From: Fimbriimonadales bacterium
GTDB taxonomy: Bacteria; Armatimonadota; Fimbriimonadia; Fimbriimonadales; ATM1
Assembly: GCA_041744215.1 (NCBI GenBank)
Contig: JBGTLG010000033.1
Span: forward strand, 1 to 64,000
Reading direction: 5' to 3'
DNA length: 64,000 nt
In this document: piece after piece, positions 37,952 to 48,185 of the stretch
Layout of the letters: each line of letters starts with the position of its first letter
Position numbering within the stretch: position 1 is the first letter of the stretch
Translations under genes and position numbers: made by a program
The notes under the pieces: model-generated
Databases searched by the model: none
The model's input: only the letters and a program-made list of their open reading frames with translations
Told to the model about the DNA's origin: nothing

Positions 37952-39675
37952 TCGCTCGCGTCTTTGATCCGCTGGTTGAGTTCTACATTTGTGTAGATTA
38001 GGCTGCCTTCGCGCGGCGCGCCGACATTGAGACGGGGCTTGTTGATATCCAGTTTCGCTCTGACCCAACCTTCACCAACCATCACCTCAAGTGCCTGAAG
38101 AGTCTGATTCAGCCACAATTGAACCTCGTTCTTGTCAGAAGACTTTGCAAGCATCGCAGTTGCGAGGTTTACGACCCTAACGATCTCTTTCTCACGTTCT
38201 AAGCACTTTATCAAGATGTCGAACAACCCATAGACTGGCAGCCGCTTCGCGCCGCGTATGTAGCACGGTATGGCCTTGATCGTGCCGTCCTCATACGAGG
38301 GAATCGTCGTCTTGTCGGCATTCTCTACATTTAGCCGCAAAATGTTATTGTTTGCAAGCTTCCACTCGTAATCGGCATCGAAGAATATCTGCGAAACTTG
38401 GCGCGCGCCTGCGAGATCCAGTCCACCCACCCCGACTTGTCCAAGATTGTCATCGGTGAAGCCACCTGTACCGAGCCATTGGAACGCGCGTTGCGGAGTT
38501 AATTCAAGGCCAGCATCGCGGGCGATTTCGGTGGTGTATTCCTCGAGATCGGTGAAGATTCCATTGGCTGAGTACCAAAAGTCGGCAAATCGAATGTGCT
38601 GCCCAATCCGGCGCTGCTGCAGCTCCTGATACTGGAGTTTAAGCCAGTCGCTATCGTGGTCTCCCTTATCCAGTTCCAGCAATGTGTAGGCACACTCGCG
38701 CGCACCAGTATGCGTCAGCGTTAGGCCAGCAGCAAGAATGGGATCTGCAAAACCTGCTGATTCGCCGACGAGAAACCAGTTCTCGCCGTACATACGCTCT
38801 GCAATGAACGACCAATCTTTGGTTGCCCGAACCTCACCGTCGCGAGTCGCATTTGCCGTCAGCTCTTGCACCAGCGGCTCTTGTGCGAGCGCCCAATCAT
38901 AAAGTTCCTTCGGCGATTTGCTGCAAGACTTAAAGTATTCAGCCGGACAAATGAAGCCTATGCTTGTTCTCGTCGGACCGAGCGGAATGAACCAGATCCA
39001 CCCGGTACCGATACTCAGGACGAGAACTCGCGTTGCGCCCGTGCCCACCTTCACAGCCCATTCGGCATTCTCCCAGTAATCCCAAAACGCGACGTTTCGC
39101 AGTTTTGTCGGCGCCTCGATCTCAACTCCCATTGCTCTGCGGACAATCCCTGCGTTTCCGGAACAGTCGATGTAAAAGCGCGCAGTTACTACCTGACCAT
39201 TTTCCAGCCGCAGCCCGTCAATGCGATCACCGCTGTTGAGTATTTCGGCAACCTTGGTTTCTTCAAAGACTTCGGCACCCAAATCTTCCGCGTGATCGAG
39301 GAGGATTTTGTCGTATACCGCTCGATCGACCTGGAACGCCAAACGCTTTCGCTGGCCCTCGTACTTCCCAGGGCGCGGATCATCTTTGTATTCGTTCATC
39401 GGCATAAAGCCGAAGTCCCAGAGCTTATCTGAATTGCCCCACCGATAGGTCGCGCCGATCTTAATCGGAAAGTTGGCAGCTTCGACTTTTTCCCAGCAGC
39501 CCATCTCGTCTAGGATCTTGCTAATCGGCGGCAGGTGGCTTTCTCCAACGTGCTCCCGCGGGAACCTCTCTCGCTCATAAACCGCGACCCGAAGCTCAGG
39601 TCGGTACTTCTTGAGCAACGACGCCGTTGTCGAACCGCCGGGTCCCCCGCCGATGATCGCTACATCCCAATCCAT
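37948..39675 (-). CDS. Flavin-dependent halogenase
   Basis: GGGPGGS, FPREHVGES, FPIKIG (catalytic Lys), WIWFIP motif, FADPI. Confidence 0.85.
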   Translation of the reverse strand: MDWDVAIIGGGPGGSTTASLLKKYRPELRVAVYERERFPREHVGESHLPPISKILDEMGCWEKVEAANFPIKIGATYRWGNSDKLWDFGFMPMNEYKDDPRPGKYEGQRKRLAFQVDRAVYDKILLDHAEDLGAEVFEETKVAEILNSGDRIDGLRLENGQVVTARFYIDCSGNAGIVRRAMGVEIEAPTKLRNVAFWDYWENAEWAVKVGTGATRVLVLSIGTGWIWFIPLGPTRTSIGFICPAEYFKSCSKSPKELYDWALAQEPLVQELTANATRDGEVRATKDWSFIAERMYGENWFLVGESAGFADPILAAGLTLTHTGARECAYTLLELDKGDHDSDWLKLQYQELQQRRIGQHIRFADFWYSANGIFTDLEEYTTEIARDAGLELTPQRAFQWLGTGGFTDDNLGQVGVGGLDLAGARQVSQIFFDADYEWKLANNNILRLNVENADKTTIPSYEDGTIKAIPCYIRGAKRLPVYGLFDILIKCLEREKEIVRVVNLATAMLAKSSDKNEVQLWLNQTLQALEVMVGEGWVRAKLDINKPRLNVGAPREGSLIYTNVELNQRIKDASD

Positions 39676-39789
39676 GCTGTCTGGTCCACCATCCTGAATA
39701 GCTTGAGCAATTGTGGTGCCATTATGCCCGCCAAAGAGGCCTGTCGCCCTCCTGGGTTGCCATTGCGACTCGCACGCAGGGTTCGGGCC

Positions 39790-41247
39790 TTAGACGTCGA
39801 GCCTCTGGCCGAGATCGATCACAATCGGCGCGAGAGACTGCACGTCCTCGACAGTTGTCCTAAAGTTCACGATACATGCGCGGAGAAAAAAGCTCCCATC
39901 GATAATCGCGTTCGAGACGAACGCGCGACCTTCCACTTGCATTTGCGCGAGAATCCGTTGATTGAGTTCGTCTGCGTCGCTTCCATTCTGAGGCAGGTAG
40001 CGGAAGGTGACAATGCTAAGCCTACAAGTACGAATCTCAATCTGTGAATGCATGGCCAGTGAGTCGCGCATGGCTTTGGTAAGTGCGATATCTCGGCGGA
40101 TCGCGTCAACATGGCCCTGCCTGCCCAAGTGCAGTAGCGACATCCAGACTTTCAGCGCACGAAAACCGCGGGAGTTCTGTAGGCCATGCTCATAGAAGTT
40201 GACGCGTTCGTCCTCGGCATGGAAGTAGTAATAGGGTGGACGGAAACTAAATGCGGCCTCAAGCGCGGCAGGATCTTTCACTAACACACAACCTGCTTCA
40301 AGCGGCGCGTAGAACCATTTGTGCGGATCGAGCGCGACGGAATCAGCTTGAGAAATCGCTCGATAGTCTTCGGCTGCTTCGGGCAATGCCGCGACGGGCG
40401 CGCCATACGCCCCGTCGACGTGCAGCCAGATCTGTTCGCGCCTACAAACTTTCGCGATGTCGATGAGGGGGTCCACCGCTCCGGTGCTCACGGTTCCTGC
40501 GGTCGCCACAACGAGAAACGGCTCCATACCGCCCTTTCGGTCAGCTTCGATTAATGTCGAAAGCGCATCGCAGTCCATTCGTTCGTCGATCGTTCGCACA
40601 TAACGGATCGAATGAGTACCCAGCCCAGCGACGTCAGCGGCCTTTTGCAGCCAAGTGTGCGTCGCTTCGGAGGTGTAAACGGTAAGCTTTCGGTCACCGA
40701 TTCCATCCTCGCGCGCCGTCTCGCCAAGATACGCGCGGCGCGCAGCAAAGAAACCGAGGAAGTTCGCCATGTTTCCTCCACTGACAAGCATCCCACCACA
40801 CGGAGTTGGGTAACCGATAAACTCTGCAAGCCACTGGACAGTCTGCAGTTCGATCGCGCTCGCCATCGGTGAGAGCGTCCATCCGCCACAGTTCGGATTC
40901 ATCGCTGACGCGAGCAGATCGGAAAGCAAGCCAACTGGAGAAGGAGACGCGGTAATGTATCCCCAAAATCGCGGGTGGCCGTTGAACAGGGAATTCTGCT
41001 CAAGTAAGGTCACGGCCTTTTCAAACAAGTCGCCAATTGGTGCGCCTTCGTCTGGTAGCGACCGCCTTCCTAACTCCTTCCAAACCCGGGCAGGATCGTC
41101 GCCTGGTGTGACAGGGAGATCACGAATGCGCTCCATATGCGCTGCAACCGCATCAACGAGCGCGTGACCAGTTGCCCGGAACTCCTCAGTATCAATGTCT
41201 GCGGGAGAACGAGCAAGAATGAGATCTGACGTGTCGTCAGTTTGCAT
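39790..41247 (-). CDS. PLP-dependent group II (aromatic-L-amino-acid-like) decarboxylase
   Basis: HPRFWGYI, AGTVSTGAVD, HVDGAYG, DPHKW. Confidence 0.93.
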   Translation of the reverse strand: MQTDDTSDLILARSPADIDTEEFRATGHALVDAVAAHMERIRDLPVTPGDDPARVWKELGRRSLPDEGAPIGDLFEKAVTLLEQNSLFNGHPRFWGYITASPSPVGLLSDLLASAMNPNCGGWTLSPMASAIELQTVQWLAEFIGYPTPCGGMLVSGGNMANFLGFFAARRAYLGETAREDGIGDRKLTVYTSEATHTWLQKAADVAGLGTHSIRYVRTIDERMDCDALSTLIEADRKGGMEPFLVVATAGTVSTGAVDPLIDIAKVCRREQIWLHVDGAYGAPVAALPEAAEDYRAISQADSVALDPHKWFYAPLEAGCVLVKDPAALEAAFSFRPPYYYFHAEDERVNFYEHGLQNSRGFRALKVWMSLLHLGRQGHVDAIRRDIALTKAMRDSLAMHSQIEIRTCRLSIVTFRYLPQNGSDADELNQRILAQMQVEGRAFVSNAIIDGSFFLRACIVNFRTTVEDVQSLAPIVIDLGQRLDV

Positions 41248-41330
41248 TCTGCTATTTCACCTGATTTGCTTCTCTCCTCGTTCGGCGTGCAATCCTCGCA
41301 CTTCGAAGCACTCAATCGCAGTGCCTACTT

Positions 41331-41364
41331 AAGAGAGAGTGCCGGGCTCCCGAAGGAGCCCGGC
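41331..41364 (-). terminator. Terminator downstream of flgE
   Basis: GCCGGGCTCC-TTCG-GGAGCCCGGC followed by a pyrimidine tract on the minus strand. Confidence 0.75.
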
Positions 41365-41392
41365 CTGGTAGCGGCATCAGGGGGAAGAGTCC

Positions 41393-42670
41393 CTAACGCT
41401 TCATGTTCAGAAGGTCTTGGAGCATTTCGTCAACAGTCGTGACGACTCGCGTATTCGCTTGGAAGCCACGCTGCGTGACAATGAGTTCTGTGAACTCATT
41501 TCCAAGGTCAACGTTCGATTGCTCAAGGAAGCCGGCGTTGATTGCGCCACGTCCGTTCGTTCGCGGTGCGCCGACGACGGGGATTCCCGAGTTCTCGGTT
41601 CCTCGCCAAAGGTTGTTACCGAGTCTCTCGAGGCCAGCGGGGTTGGGGAAAATCGCCATAGCAATTCTTCCGAGCGCCCGTGTCAAGCCGTTCGTAAAGA
41701 GTCCGGTAATCGTTCCGTCGATGCCGATTGCAAACGATGCGAGCGAACCTGGCGGGAAGCCATTCTGCTCAGTCATCTGCACCTGCGTCTCGGTTTCGAG
41801 CTGGCTGATGTTGCCGAATCCGAGCGTCACGTTGAACGCGGGAGCTCCATTAGCCGCTGTCGGAACCATGATCTCTTGATCGACACCCGTATCGATCATC
41901 TTGCCTTCTGCATCGAAGTAGATCAAGCTTCCAGTAGCGCTGCTTCCGATCGAAGTTGTACCTTCGAACGCTTCCCATTCCCAGCTCGACACCGCTCCAG
42001 GGGGGGGTGTACCCGCAGGCGGAACGGTGTGGTTCCGGAACGTCAGAGCGATCTCGTGGGTGCCTCCGAGCTGATCGTAGACGCGAAATGTCGTGTCCCA
42101 GGACTCGCCGGGAGCGGCGCCCGCTGCAAGATTGCCTGCGAAGTTCGCTCTTGAGGTGACTTGGACGGCGTTGAGCGAGCCGAGCGGAATGTTGATTGTG
42201 CTGCCCGCAGCAACCTGCGAGTTTGTGTCAATTACACCTTGCGCATCTGCGGACCATCCTAGCAGTCGCTCGCCCGTGGTTCTTTGAACGAGGTTTCCGC
42301 TAGCGTCGATGTCAAAGCCGCCATCACGTGAGTAGGCTATTCGTTCGCCGTTGCTGACGAGAAACAGCCCGTTACCTTGAATCGCAAGGTCGGTAGCGCG
42401 ATTCGTCGCTTGCAGTGATCCTTGCTCAATGTTGGTGTCAGTCCCGCCAACAAGAACTCCGAGGCCATACTGGACAGGGTTCGTACCTCCCAAGCCGCCG
42501 GATACCGGGCGCGTTGCGCCACGGATCGTTTGCGAGATCATCTCTTGAAACGTCACGCGACTCGATTTGAATGCCGTAGTATTGACATTGGCAAGGTTGT
42601 TACCAATGACGTTCATTCTCGTTTGCTGAGCTTTGATGCTGGCGACGCCAGCAAGTAGCGCTTGCAACAT
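41393..42670 (-). CDS. flgE: Flagellar hook protein
   Basis: VIGNNLANVNT, DLAIQGNG, LEQSNVDL...QRGFQAN. Confidence 0.95.
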   Translation of the reverse strand: MLQALLAGVASIKAQQTRMNVIGNNLANVNTTAFKSSRVTFQEMISQTIRGATRPVSGGLGGTNPVQYGLGVLVGGTDTNIEQGSLQATNRATDLAIQGNGLFLVSNGERIAYSRDGGFDIDASGNLVQRTTGERLLGWSADAQGVIDTNSQVAAGSTINIPLGSLNAVQVTSRANFAGNLAAGAAPGESWDTTFRVYDQLGGTHEIALTFRNHTVPPAGTPPPGAVSSWEWEAFEGTTSIGSSATGSLIYFDAEGKMIDTGVDQEIMVPTAANGAPAFNVTLGFGNISQLETETQVQMTEQNGFPPGSLASFAIGIDGTITGLFTNGLTRALGRIAMAIFPNPAGLERLGNNLWRGTENSGIPVVGAPRTNGRGAINAGFLEQSNVDLGNEFTELIVTQRGFQANTRVVTTVDEMLQDLLNMKR

Positions 42671-42789
42671 GGTTTTGTTTCCTCCGTTGTTGTTCGCGCG
42701 TTACTCGTCGCTTGCAGTGGCTACGCCGAAACGCAGCCCTCCTCACGTTGCAGACCTCCGGCCCCGATCCTTCGAGGCGCGGTCCAGCC

Positions 42790-43167
42790 TTACACGAATA
42801 CCGCGCTGTCTATGTTCGTAAACACGTTCTCTTTGAGTTGTTCTTTGGCGACCGCAGTGATTACCGTTCGGTTCTTCACGCTGACCACCAAAGCGATGTC
42901 GTCGAGCATCACGAGCGATTCCCTGCTTCCCTTTTCGGCAGCGCGATCAATTCCGTCTCTCACGCGGCTCCAGTCATTCTCTGCAAGGTCGATCCCCCGG
43001 CTCTTGAGGCGCGTCTGAGCGTGCCCCGATACTTTGAGCCCGAGTTCTCTCTCCAACAGTTGGCCGAAGTCGACGCCTTGCGCGATGCGCTGCGGCTGCG
43101 TTGTCGGCCTCTGAACTTGCGTTTCGACGAGTTGTCGTATCTGCGGGTTGTTAATGGGTTCTGCCAT
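42790..43167 (-). CDS. Flagellar operon protein (TIGR02530 family)
   Basis: SGHAQTRL..RGI, KGSRESL, NRTVIT, NVFTNIDSAV. Confidence 0.9.
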   Translation of the reverse strand: MAEPINNPQIRQLVETQVQRPTTQPQRIAQGVDFGQLLERELGLKVSGHAQTRLKSRGIDLAENDWSRVRDGIDRAAEKGSRESLVMLDDIALVVSVKNRTVITAVAKEQLKENVFTNIDSAVFV

Positions 43168-43220
43168 GATGCGGTTTCCTTCGATTTTAGGTAGGGCACG
43201 ACTAACCGTGACCTACCTGC

Positions 43221-43598
43221 TCAGCTGACCACCCTCACAATGTTGTCCATCGCGAAACGGTGGCCCTCGATTGTCACGTAGACCTTTCCTCGATCAATTT
43301 CGACTGTCTCGACAACGCCACGCATGGGAAGTCCGCCATCTGGGCGCACGTCGACCGTGCGGCCAATGTAGTTGGCGGCTTGCGCCATTTGCATCGTTGA
43401 TCCGAGCCTGTCGATTCCCTGAACAGTTCCTATCTGCGCGAGTTGCGCAAAGAAGTCACGTTCATTCATCGGTTCGAGTGGATTTTGCGTTGTTAGCTGA
43501 GCGACCAACAGGCGCATGAACATCTGTTGATCCATGTAGTTGCTCTTACCGTCTGGCGGCGCGGGAAGTGCATAGGTTGAGAGCGCATTGATTTCCAT
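43221..43598 (-). CDS. flgD: Flagellar hook capping protein
   Basis: FMRLLVAQLTTQNPLEPM...AQLAQ. Confidence 0.92.
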   Translation of the reverse strand: MEINALSTYALPAPPDGKSNYMDQQMFMRLLVAQLTTQNPLEPMNERDFFAQLAQIGTVQGIDRLGSTMQMAQAANYIGRTVDVRPDGGLPMRGVVETVEIDRGKVYVTIEGHRFAMDNIVRVVS

Positions 43599-43607
43599 GA
43601 TCTTCTC

Positions 43608-45206
43608 CTACACACTCATGTCGAATGCGCTCATCGAATACGATGCCGCGCTTAGGGTTCCCGACTGCGCAGCGCTCGCGTCGATGTCTGGCCGCCATGC
43701 TGGTCCAGATGCCTGATTGCTGTCTTGCGCCTGAGACTGTCCGTGACTCTGCCCTCCGACCGACATCGAACCAAGTTCGAGGCCATGATCAGCAAGGGCC
43801 TGCGCGAGCATCGCTCGATTCGCATCGACGAACTGCCTTACCTCCGAGTTTGTCGCCGCTATCTGCGCATCCACGCGCCCATTGACCGACTTCACAGTGA
43901 TGTCGATCGAGCCGAGCTCGGGAGGATCCAGTCGAATCGTCACAGTTTGCGGTTTTCGACTTTCAACCATTTGATGGATGCGATCGATAACGCGGGTCAT
44001 GACCGCGGTGGTTAGCTTAGCGTCGGCGACTGCCGTTTGTGCGTTCGCCGCATCAGAACGTGCTGCCCCTTGTTGCGCTCCTACGGACAGCGTGCGGGCA
44101 ACGTCCGTCACCGACGACTCCGTTGTGAACGTCTCTCCGCGCGGCAACAGGATCTGTGGCTGCTTGTCGATGCGATCTTGCCCAAGAATGCGCTCCATCA
44201 GGCTCGAAAGTGGCAGCTTGACCGTTGGCCGCTGCGAGCGGATTGCGTCGACAAACGATTCCGTTTGCGACGTATCTTCGCTAGCCGACTGATTCTGCAT
44301 AGCCATCCTGACCTTTTCGGTCAGTGAAGCGACAACCTTTTCAATGGGGTTGTTCGCTACGATCGCTGAATCTCGGAGCGCGATAAGTGTCACTTTCGCT
44401 TCAGGCGCGACACGATCGAGCATACGTTGAAGCCTGTCCAAGATCTTGATGCTCGGACGGTCTTCGCGCAGCTTCTCGAACGGAGACACGCGAGGAGCAT
44501 CTGCAATCGGCACTGCCGGCGCATGGGGCTTCGCGCTTTCCGTATCATTGCGAATGCCGCGATCACTCCTGCCAAATGGCGTCGTGTCGAAGGGGCGCAT
44601 CGGACCGGAAGGGGTCGTAACTACGCCGTCTTCACTCGCTGATTCGGCGACGAAAGTCTCTCCGTTAGGAAGAGTTACCGTCAACGCCTTTCCAGCTGCT
44701 GAAGCGAGAGCAGGCTCATTGCGCAAGAAGAGATCGGTTCCCTCGGGTTTCGCATAGAGCACCGGTGGCTTCCGCTCACCCTGAGAATTGGAATCGTACT
44801 TCGGGTTAGTGAGGTGGAGATCGAGCCCCTTGCCGACGAACAGATTCGGACCGGGCTGCAGAATGGGAGGTCGCGTGTCCGCGGCTGACGCGGTGCGCAA
44901 CTCGACACCCTTCAAGGGTTTGTCAGTGTCCCACTCTTCGTCCGGCTGTTTCTGGTCAGCAATCGGCTGTTTCCCTGGTGCCTCGAAGAATGACTTATTC
45001 GGTTGTAGTATCGGCGGAGATTCAGGCTGGGCGAGCTCCGCTTCGAGCAATCCGGCAATCGCTTCATCGATCGCCATACTTGCCGCCGTCGGTGGCAACG
45101 CCTTCGCTTGAACCTCAGGTGTGAGCCCTGCCGCTACCTTAGCGTCGTCGGTTGCCCGGGAACCAATCCCGAACAGTCCGAGCGCGCTCGCAAGGTTGAC
45201 TTGCAT
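43608..45206 (-). CDS. fliK: Flagellar hook-length control protein
   Basis: Low-complexity N-terminus; IRLDPPELGSI T3S4 domain; upstream of flgD. Confidence 0.88.
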   Translation of the reverse strand: MQVNLASALGLFGIGSRATDDAKVAAGLTPEVQAKALPPTAASMAIDEAIAGLLEAELAQPESPPILQPNKSFFEAPGKQPIADQKQPDEEWDTDKPLKGVELRTASAADTRPPILQPGPNLFVGKGLDLHLTNPKYDSNSQGERKPPVLYAKPEGTDLFLRNEPALASAAGKALTVTLPNGETFVAESASEDGVVTTPSGPMRPFDTTPFGRSDRGIRNDTESAKPHAPAVPIADAPRVSPFEKLREDRPSIKILDRLQRMLDRVAPEAKVTLIALRDSAIVANNPIEKVVASLTEKVRMAMQNQSASEDTSQTESFVDAIRSQRPTVKLPLSSLMERILGQDRIDKQPQILLPRGETFTTESSVTDVARTLSVGAQQGAARSDAANAQTAVADAKLTTAVMTRVIDRIHQMVESRKPQTVTIRLDPPELGSIDITVKSVNGRVDAQIAATNSEVRQFVDANRAMLAQALADHGLELGSMSVGGQSHGQSQAQDSNQASGPAWRPDIDASAAQSGTLSAASYSMSAFDMSV

Positions 45207-45237
45207 AGCAACACCTCCATTGAGTGTTCAAAGGTGA

Positions 45238-45265
45238 TTCTCGGCAGGACACGATGGCCAGGTTA
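45238..45265 (-). promoter_or_regulatory. Sigma28 (FliA)-like promoter for fliK operon
   Basis: Minus strand TAAC-N16-GCCGAGAA versus consensus TAAA-N15-GCCGATAA. Confidence 0.45.
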
Positions 45266-45271
45266 GGGCTG

Positions 45272-46000
45272 ATGCGACCACGAGGTGTAAGATGGGGCGT
45301 GCGACTTCTTGGAATTCTGATTTTGGCTGTCTGCTTGGCCGCTTGCGGCCGCGCACCCACCGGGGGGAAAGGAGACGAGGTTAAGGGCCAAGTCGCGGCA
45401 GCGACAGCGGCAGATCCGCGAGCGCTCGAAATCATCCGTCAATCCGAACAAGCCTATCTGGACCTGAAAACGTACACGGACGACATCATGATCGCAGCGG
45501 ACGGGAGGGAGCTTCGCCCGAGAACGGGGTTCGCACGAACCGCCTTTGAGCGCGGCGGAAGCTTCTTGATTGAAGTCGCTGCGAAAGATCCGTACGGCGA
45601 CGGTATGGCCAGGGATCGCGTTTGGATTGAAGAAGGGACGGAGTTTATCCAGACTGCTCTTGGAGGACGGGTTAGCAGCGAGAAGCCCTTGCAAGAGGGT
45701 CTTCGCACAATCTCTGCTTCTTCCGCCGAAACCTCTCTCATCGTCCCCACGCTTCTGTTCGCTGAAAAATTTCATGGGGACACGTTCTTCGACAGATTGA
45801 AGACCCCCAGCCTCGGAGAAGAAATGGTGCTCGGTGGAAACCGCCACTACAAAATCACGGATTCAACCGGGGTGACCGTATTGATTGATGTGGAGACACT
45901 CCTCATTCGTCGGGTGCTGCTAGGAGGGGGAAAAGGGATGCTGGATTACACCGCCTATGCAGACGCGCCGATCGGGCCGGAGAGCTTCAGACGGCAGTAG
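45272..46000 (+). CDS. Putative lipoprotein (LolA-like fold)
   Basis: LAAC lipobox; ...YLDLKTY...VLIDVETLLIRRV; start uncertain. Confidence 0.65.
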   Translation: MRPRGVRWGVRLLGILILAVCLAACGRAPTGGKGDEVKGQVAAATAADPRALEIIRQSEQAYLDLKTYTDDIMIAADGRELRPRTGFARTAFERGGSFLIEVAAKDPYGDGMARDRVWIEEGTEFIQTALGGRVSSEKPLQEGLRTISASSAETSLIVPTLLFAEKFHGDTFFDRLKTPSLGEEMVLGGNRHYKITDSTGVTVLIDVETLLIRRVLLGGGKGMLDYTAYADAPIGPESFRRQ

Positions 46001-46041
46001 ATCGAGGCGGCGCGGCCGCCGCCATGTGTCAAAATCCAGGC

Positions 46042-47145
46042 ATGGCACCGCCGATTCGCCCACACCTTCGGTCGCTGACGGCGTATTCACCGGGCAAGCC
46101 AATCGAAGAGGTGCAGCGCGAGCGCGGACTGACGCGCATCACCAAACTCGCAAGCAACGAAAATCCCCTTGGAGCATCATCGAAGGCGATTACGGCGATT
46201 CGTGACGCGGCAGCAGGTTCACACTTCTATCCCGATGCGAGCGGGCTCGCTTTGCGAAACGCGCTTTCACGGCACACAGGCGTACCCGCACAACAAATAG
46301 CATTGGGCAACGGCAGTGACGAACTGATTCACTATCTGTGCATCCTTCTGTTAGAACCCGGCTCGAACATGATCATGGGCGATCCCGGGTTCATGAGATA
46401 TGAATGTGGAGCTCAGATTCAAGAGGCTGAACCGAGGAAGATTCCGCTGGATCAAGATGATCGTCACGACTTGGAGGCGATGGCAAATGCAATCGATACG
46501 AACACTCGAATTGTGTTCATCGCAAACCCGAACAATCCCACGGGCACGATCATCGAGCGGTCGGAGTTCGAACGTTTCCTCGACCGAGTGCCCGCGCACG
46601 TCGTTGTAGTGCTCGATGAGGCTTACTTCGAGTTCGCAGACAGTTCGGAGTTCCCTTCCTCCGCAAAGTATGTACTCGCAGACGAGCGGGTCATCGGGTT
46701 ACGCACTTTTAGCAAGACTCACGGGCTGGCAGGAATGCGAATCGGCTACGCATTTCTGACAAAAGACATCGCGGAAGTTTGGGACAAAGTCCGGGAACCT
46801 TTCAACGTCAATTCCCTCGCGCAGATCGCAGCGATTGCGGCGCTCGAAGATACGGATCACTTGCACAAGTCTATCGACGTTAATCGTCGAGCACTCAATC
46901 GCATCTCACTGCTTCTCGAAAAGTATGGCGGACGACCAAGGAAGAGCCACGCAAACTTCGTTTGGGCGGATTTTGGACGCCCAGTCGCAGGGCTCTGCGA
47001 AGCCTTGCTCGGCGAAGGCGTAATCGTTAGATCAGGGGCGATTTTTGGGAGACCTAATTTTGTTCGGGTTTCGTCAGGAACGGATGAAAACCTCGATCAC
47101 TTGGAAGAGGCGCTGGCAAACGTTGCCGCGGGAGCGCTGTCATGA
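46042..47145 (+). CDS. hisC: Histidinol-phosphate aminotransferase
   Basis: KLASNENP, GNGSDE, NPNNPTG, DEAY, RTFSK.HGLAGMRIG. Confidence 0.95.
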   Translation: MAPPIRPHLRSLTAYSPGKPIEEVQRERGLTRITKLASNENPLGASSKAITAIRDAAAGSHFYPDASGLALRNALSRHTGVPAQQIALGNGSDELIHYLCILLLEPGSNMIMGDPGFMRYECGAQIQEAEPRKIPLDQDDRHDLEAMANAIDTNTRIVFIANPNNPTGTIIERSEFERFLDRVPAHVVVVLDEAYFEFADSSEFPSSAKYVLADERVIGLRTFSKTHGLAGMRIGYAFLTKDIAEVWDKVREPFNVNSLAQIAAIAALEDTDHLHKSIDVNRRALNRISLLLEKYGGRPRKSHANFVWADFGRPVAGLCEALLGEGVIVRSGAIFGRPNFVRVSSGTDENLDHLEEALANVAAGALS

Positions 47146-48179
47146 TCGTACTGATGCGGCCCGGCGCGCCGCGTGAGGAGATTGAGCGGCTTCGTGCATC
47201 ATTGCTCACCGCAGGCTGCGATGTGCGCGAGATCGAGACAGGTGGCGCTTGCGTGCTGCTCGCCGACCGATTCTGGCCTTCCCCTCCCACTGATCTAATC
47301 AGTCAACTCGGCGCCTCTGACTATGTTGAACGGGTGGTACATACGGGCAAACCGTATCAGATGGTGTCTCTAAACGCGCGGTCGAGTCGCAGCAGAATTC
47401 CATTTGGATCGACAGAATTTGGCAGCGCAGAGCCGACGTTGATCGCCGGCCCTTGCACCGTCGTAGACGACGGTACGTTGCTGACAACTGCAACGAGCGT
47501 TAAGGCGGCTGGTGCGACAGGGTTGCGTGGAGGCGCGTACAAACCTGCGACTTCCCCCTATTCCTTCCAAGGCCTTGGTGAAGATGCGCTGCAGCTGCTG
47601 CGCTCGGTTGCCGATGAGGTTGGACTTGGCGTTGTCACTGAAGTGATGGACGTGCGGCGCGTCGATGAGGTAGCCCGCTATGCAGACGTTCTCCAAATCG
47701 GCGCGCGAAACATGCAGAACTTCGACCTGCTTCGCGAGGTCGGCAGGCAGCGAAAGCCGGTTCTTCTAAAGCGAGCTATGTCAGCGACCATCGACGAGTG
47801 GCTCTGCGCCGCGGAGTACATTGCGCGAGAGGGTAACGAAGCGATCATCCTATGTGAGCGAGGGATTAGGACGTTCGAGCGCGCAACTCGCACAACTTTG
47901 GACGTAAGCGCTATTGCAGTCGCGAGAACTCTCACGCATTTGCCGATCATCGCGGATCCAAGTCATGCCGCAGGATATCGGCGATATGTAAAGCCGCTGG
48001 CCCTTGCTGCGATCGCCGCAGGCGCTAATGGGCTTATCATCGAGGTGCATCCGCATCCAGAGCAAGCGATCAAAGACGGCGCGCAGACGGTATCCACAGC
48101 TGATTTCGCAGAGATCGCTGAGTTGGCGCGACGCGTCTCCCAAGCAACAAGAGCGCACGGCGATGCCGTAGCGCTGTGA
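47142..48179 (+). CDS. aroF: DAHP synthase (class I-beta)
   Basis: IAGPC, RGGAYKP, QIGARNMQNF, LCERGIRTF, DPSH. Confidence 0.93.
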   Translation: MIVLMRPGAPREEIERLRASLLTAGCDVREIETGGACVLLADRFWPSPPTDLISQLGASDYVERVVHTGKPYQMVSLNARSSRSRIPFGSTEFGSAEPTLIAGPCTVVDDGTLLTTATSVKAAGATGLRGGAYKPATSPYSFQGLGEDALQLLRSVADEVGLGVVTEVMDVRRVDEVARYADVLQIGARNMQNFDLLREVGRQRKPVLLKRAMSATIDEWLCAAEYIAREGNEAIILCERGIRTFERATRTTLDVSAIAVARTLTHLPIIADPSHAAGYRRYVKPLALAAIAAGANGLIIEVHPHPEQAIKDGAQTVSTADFAEIAELARRVSQATRAHGDAVAL

Positions 48180-48185
48180 AAAAAG

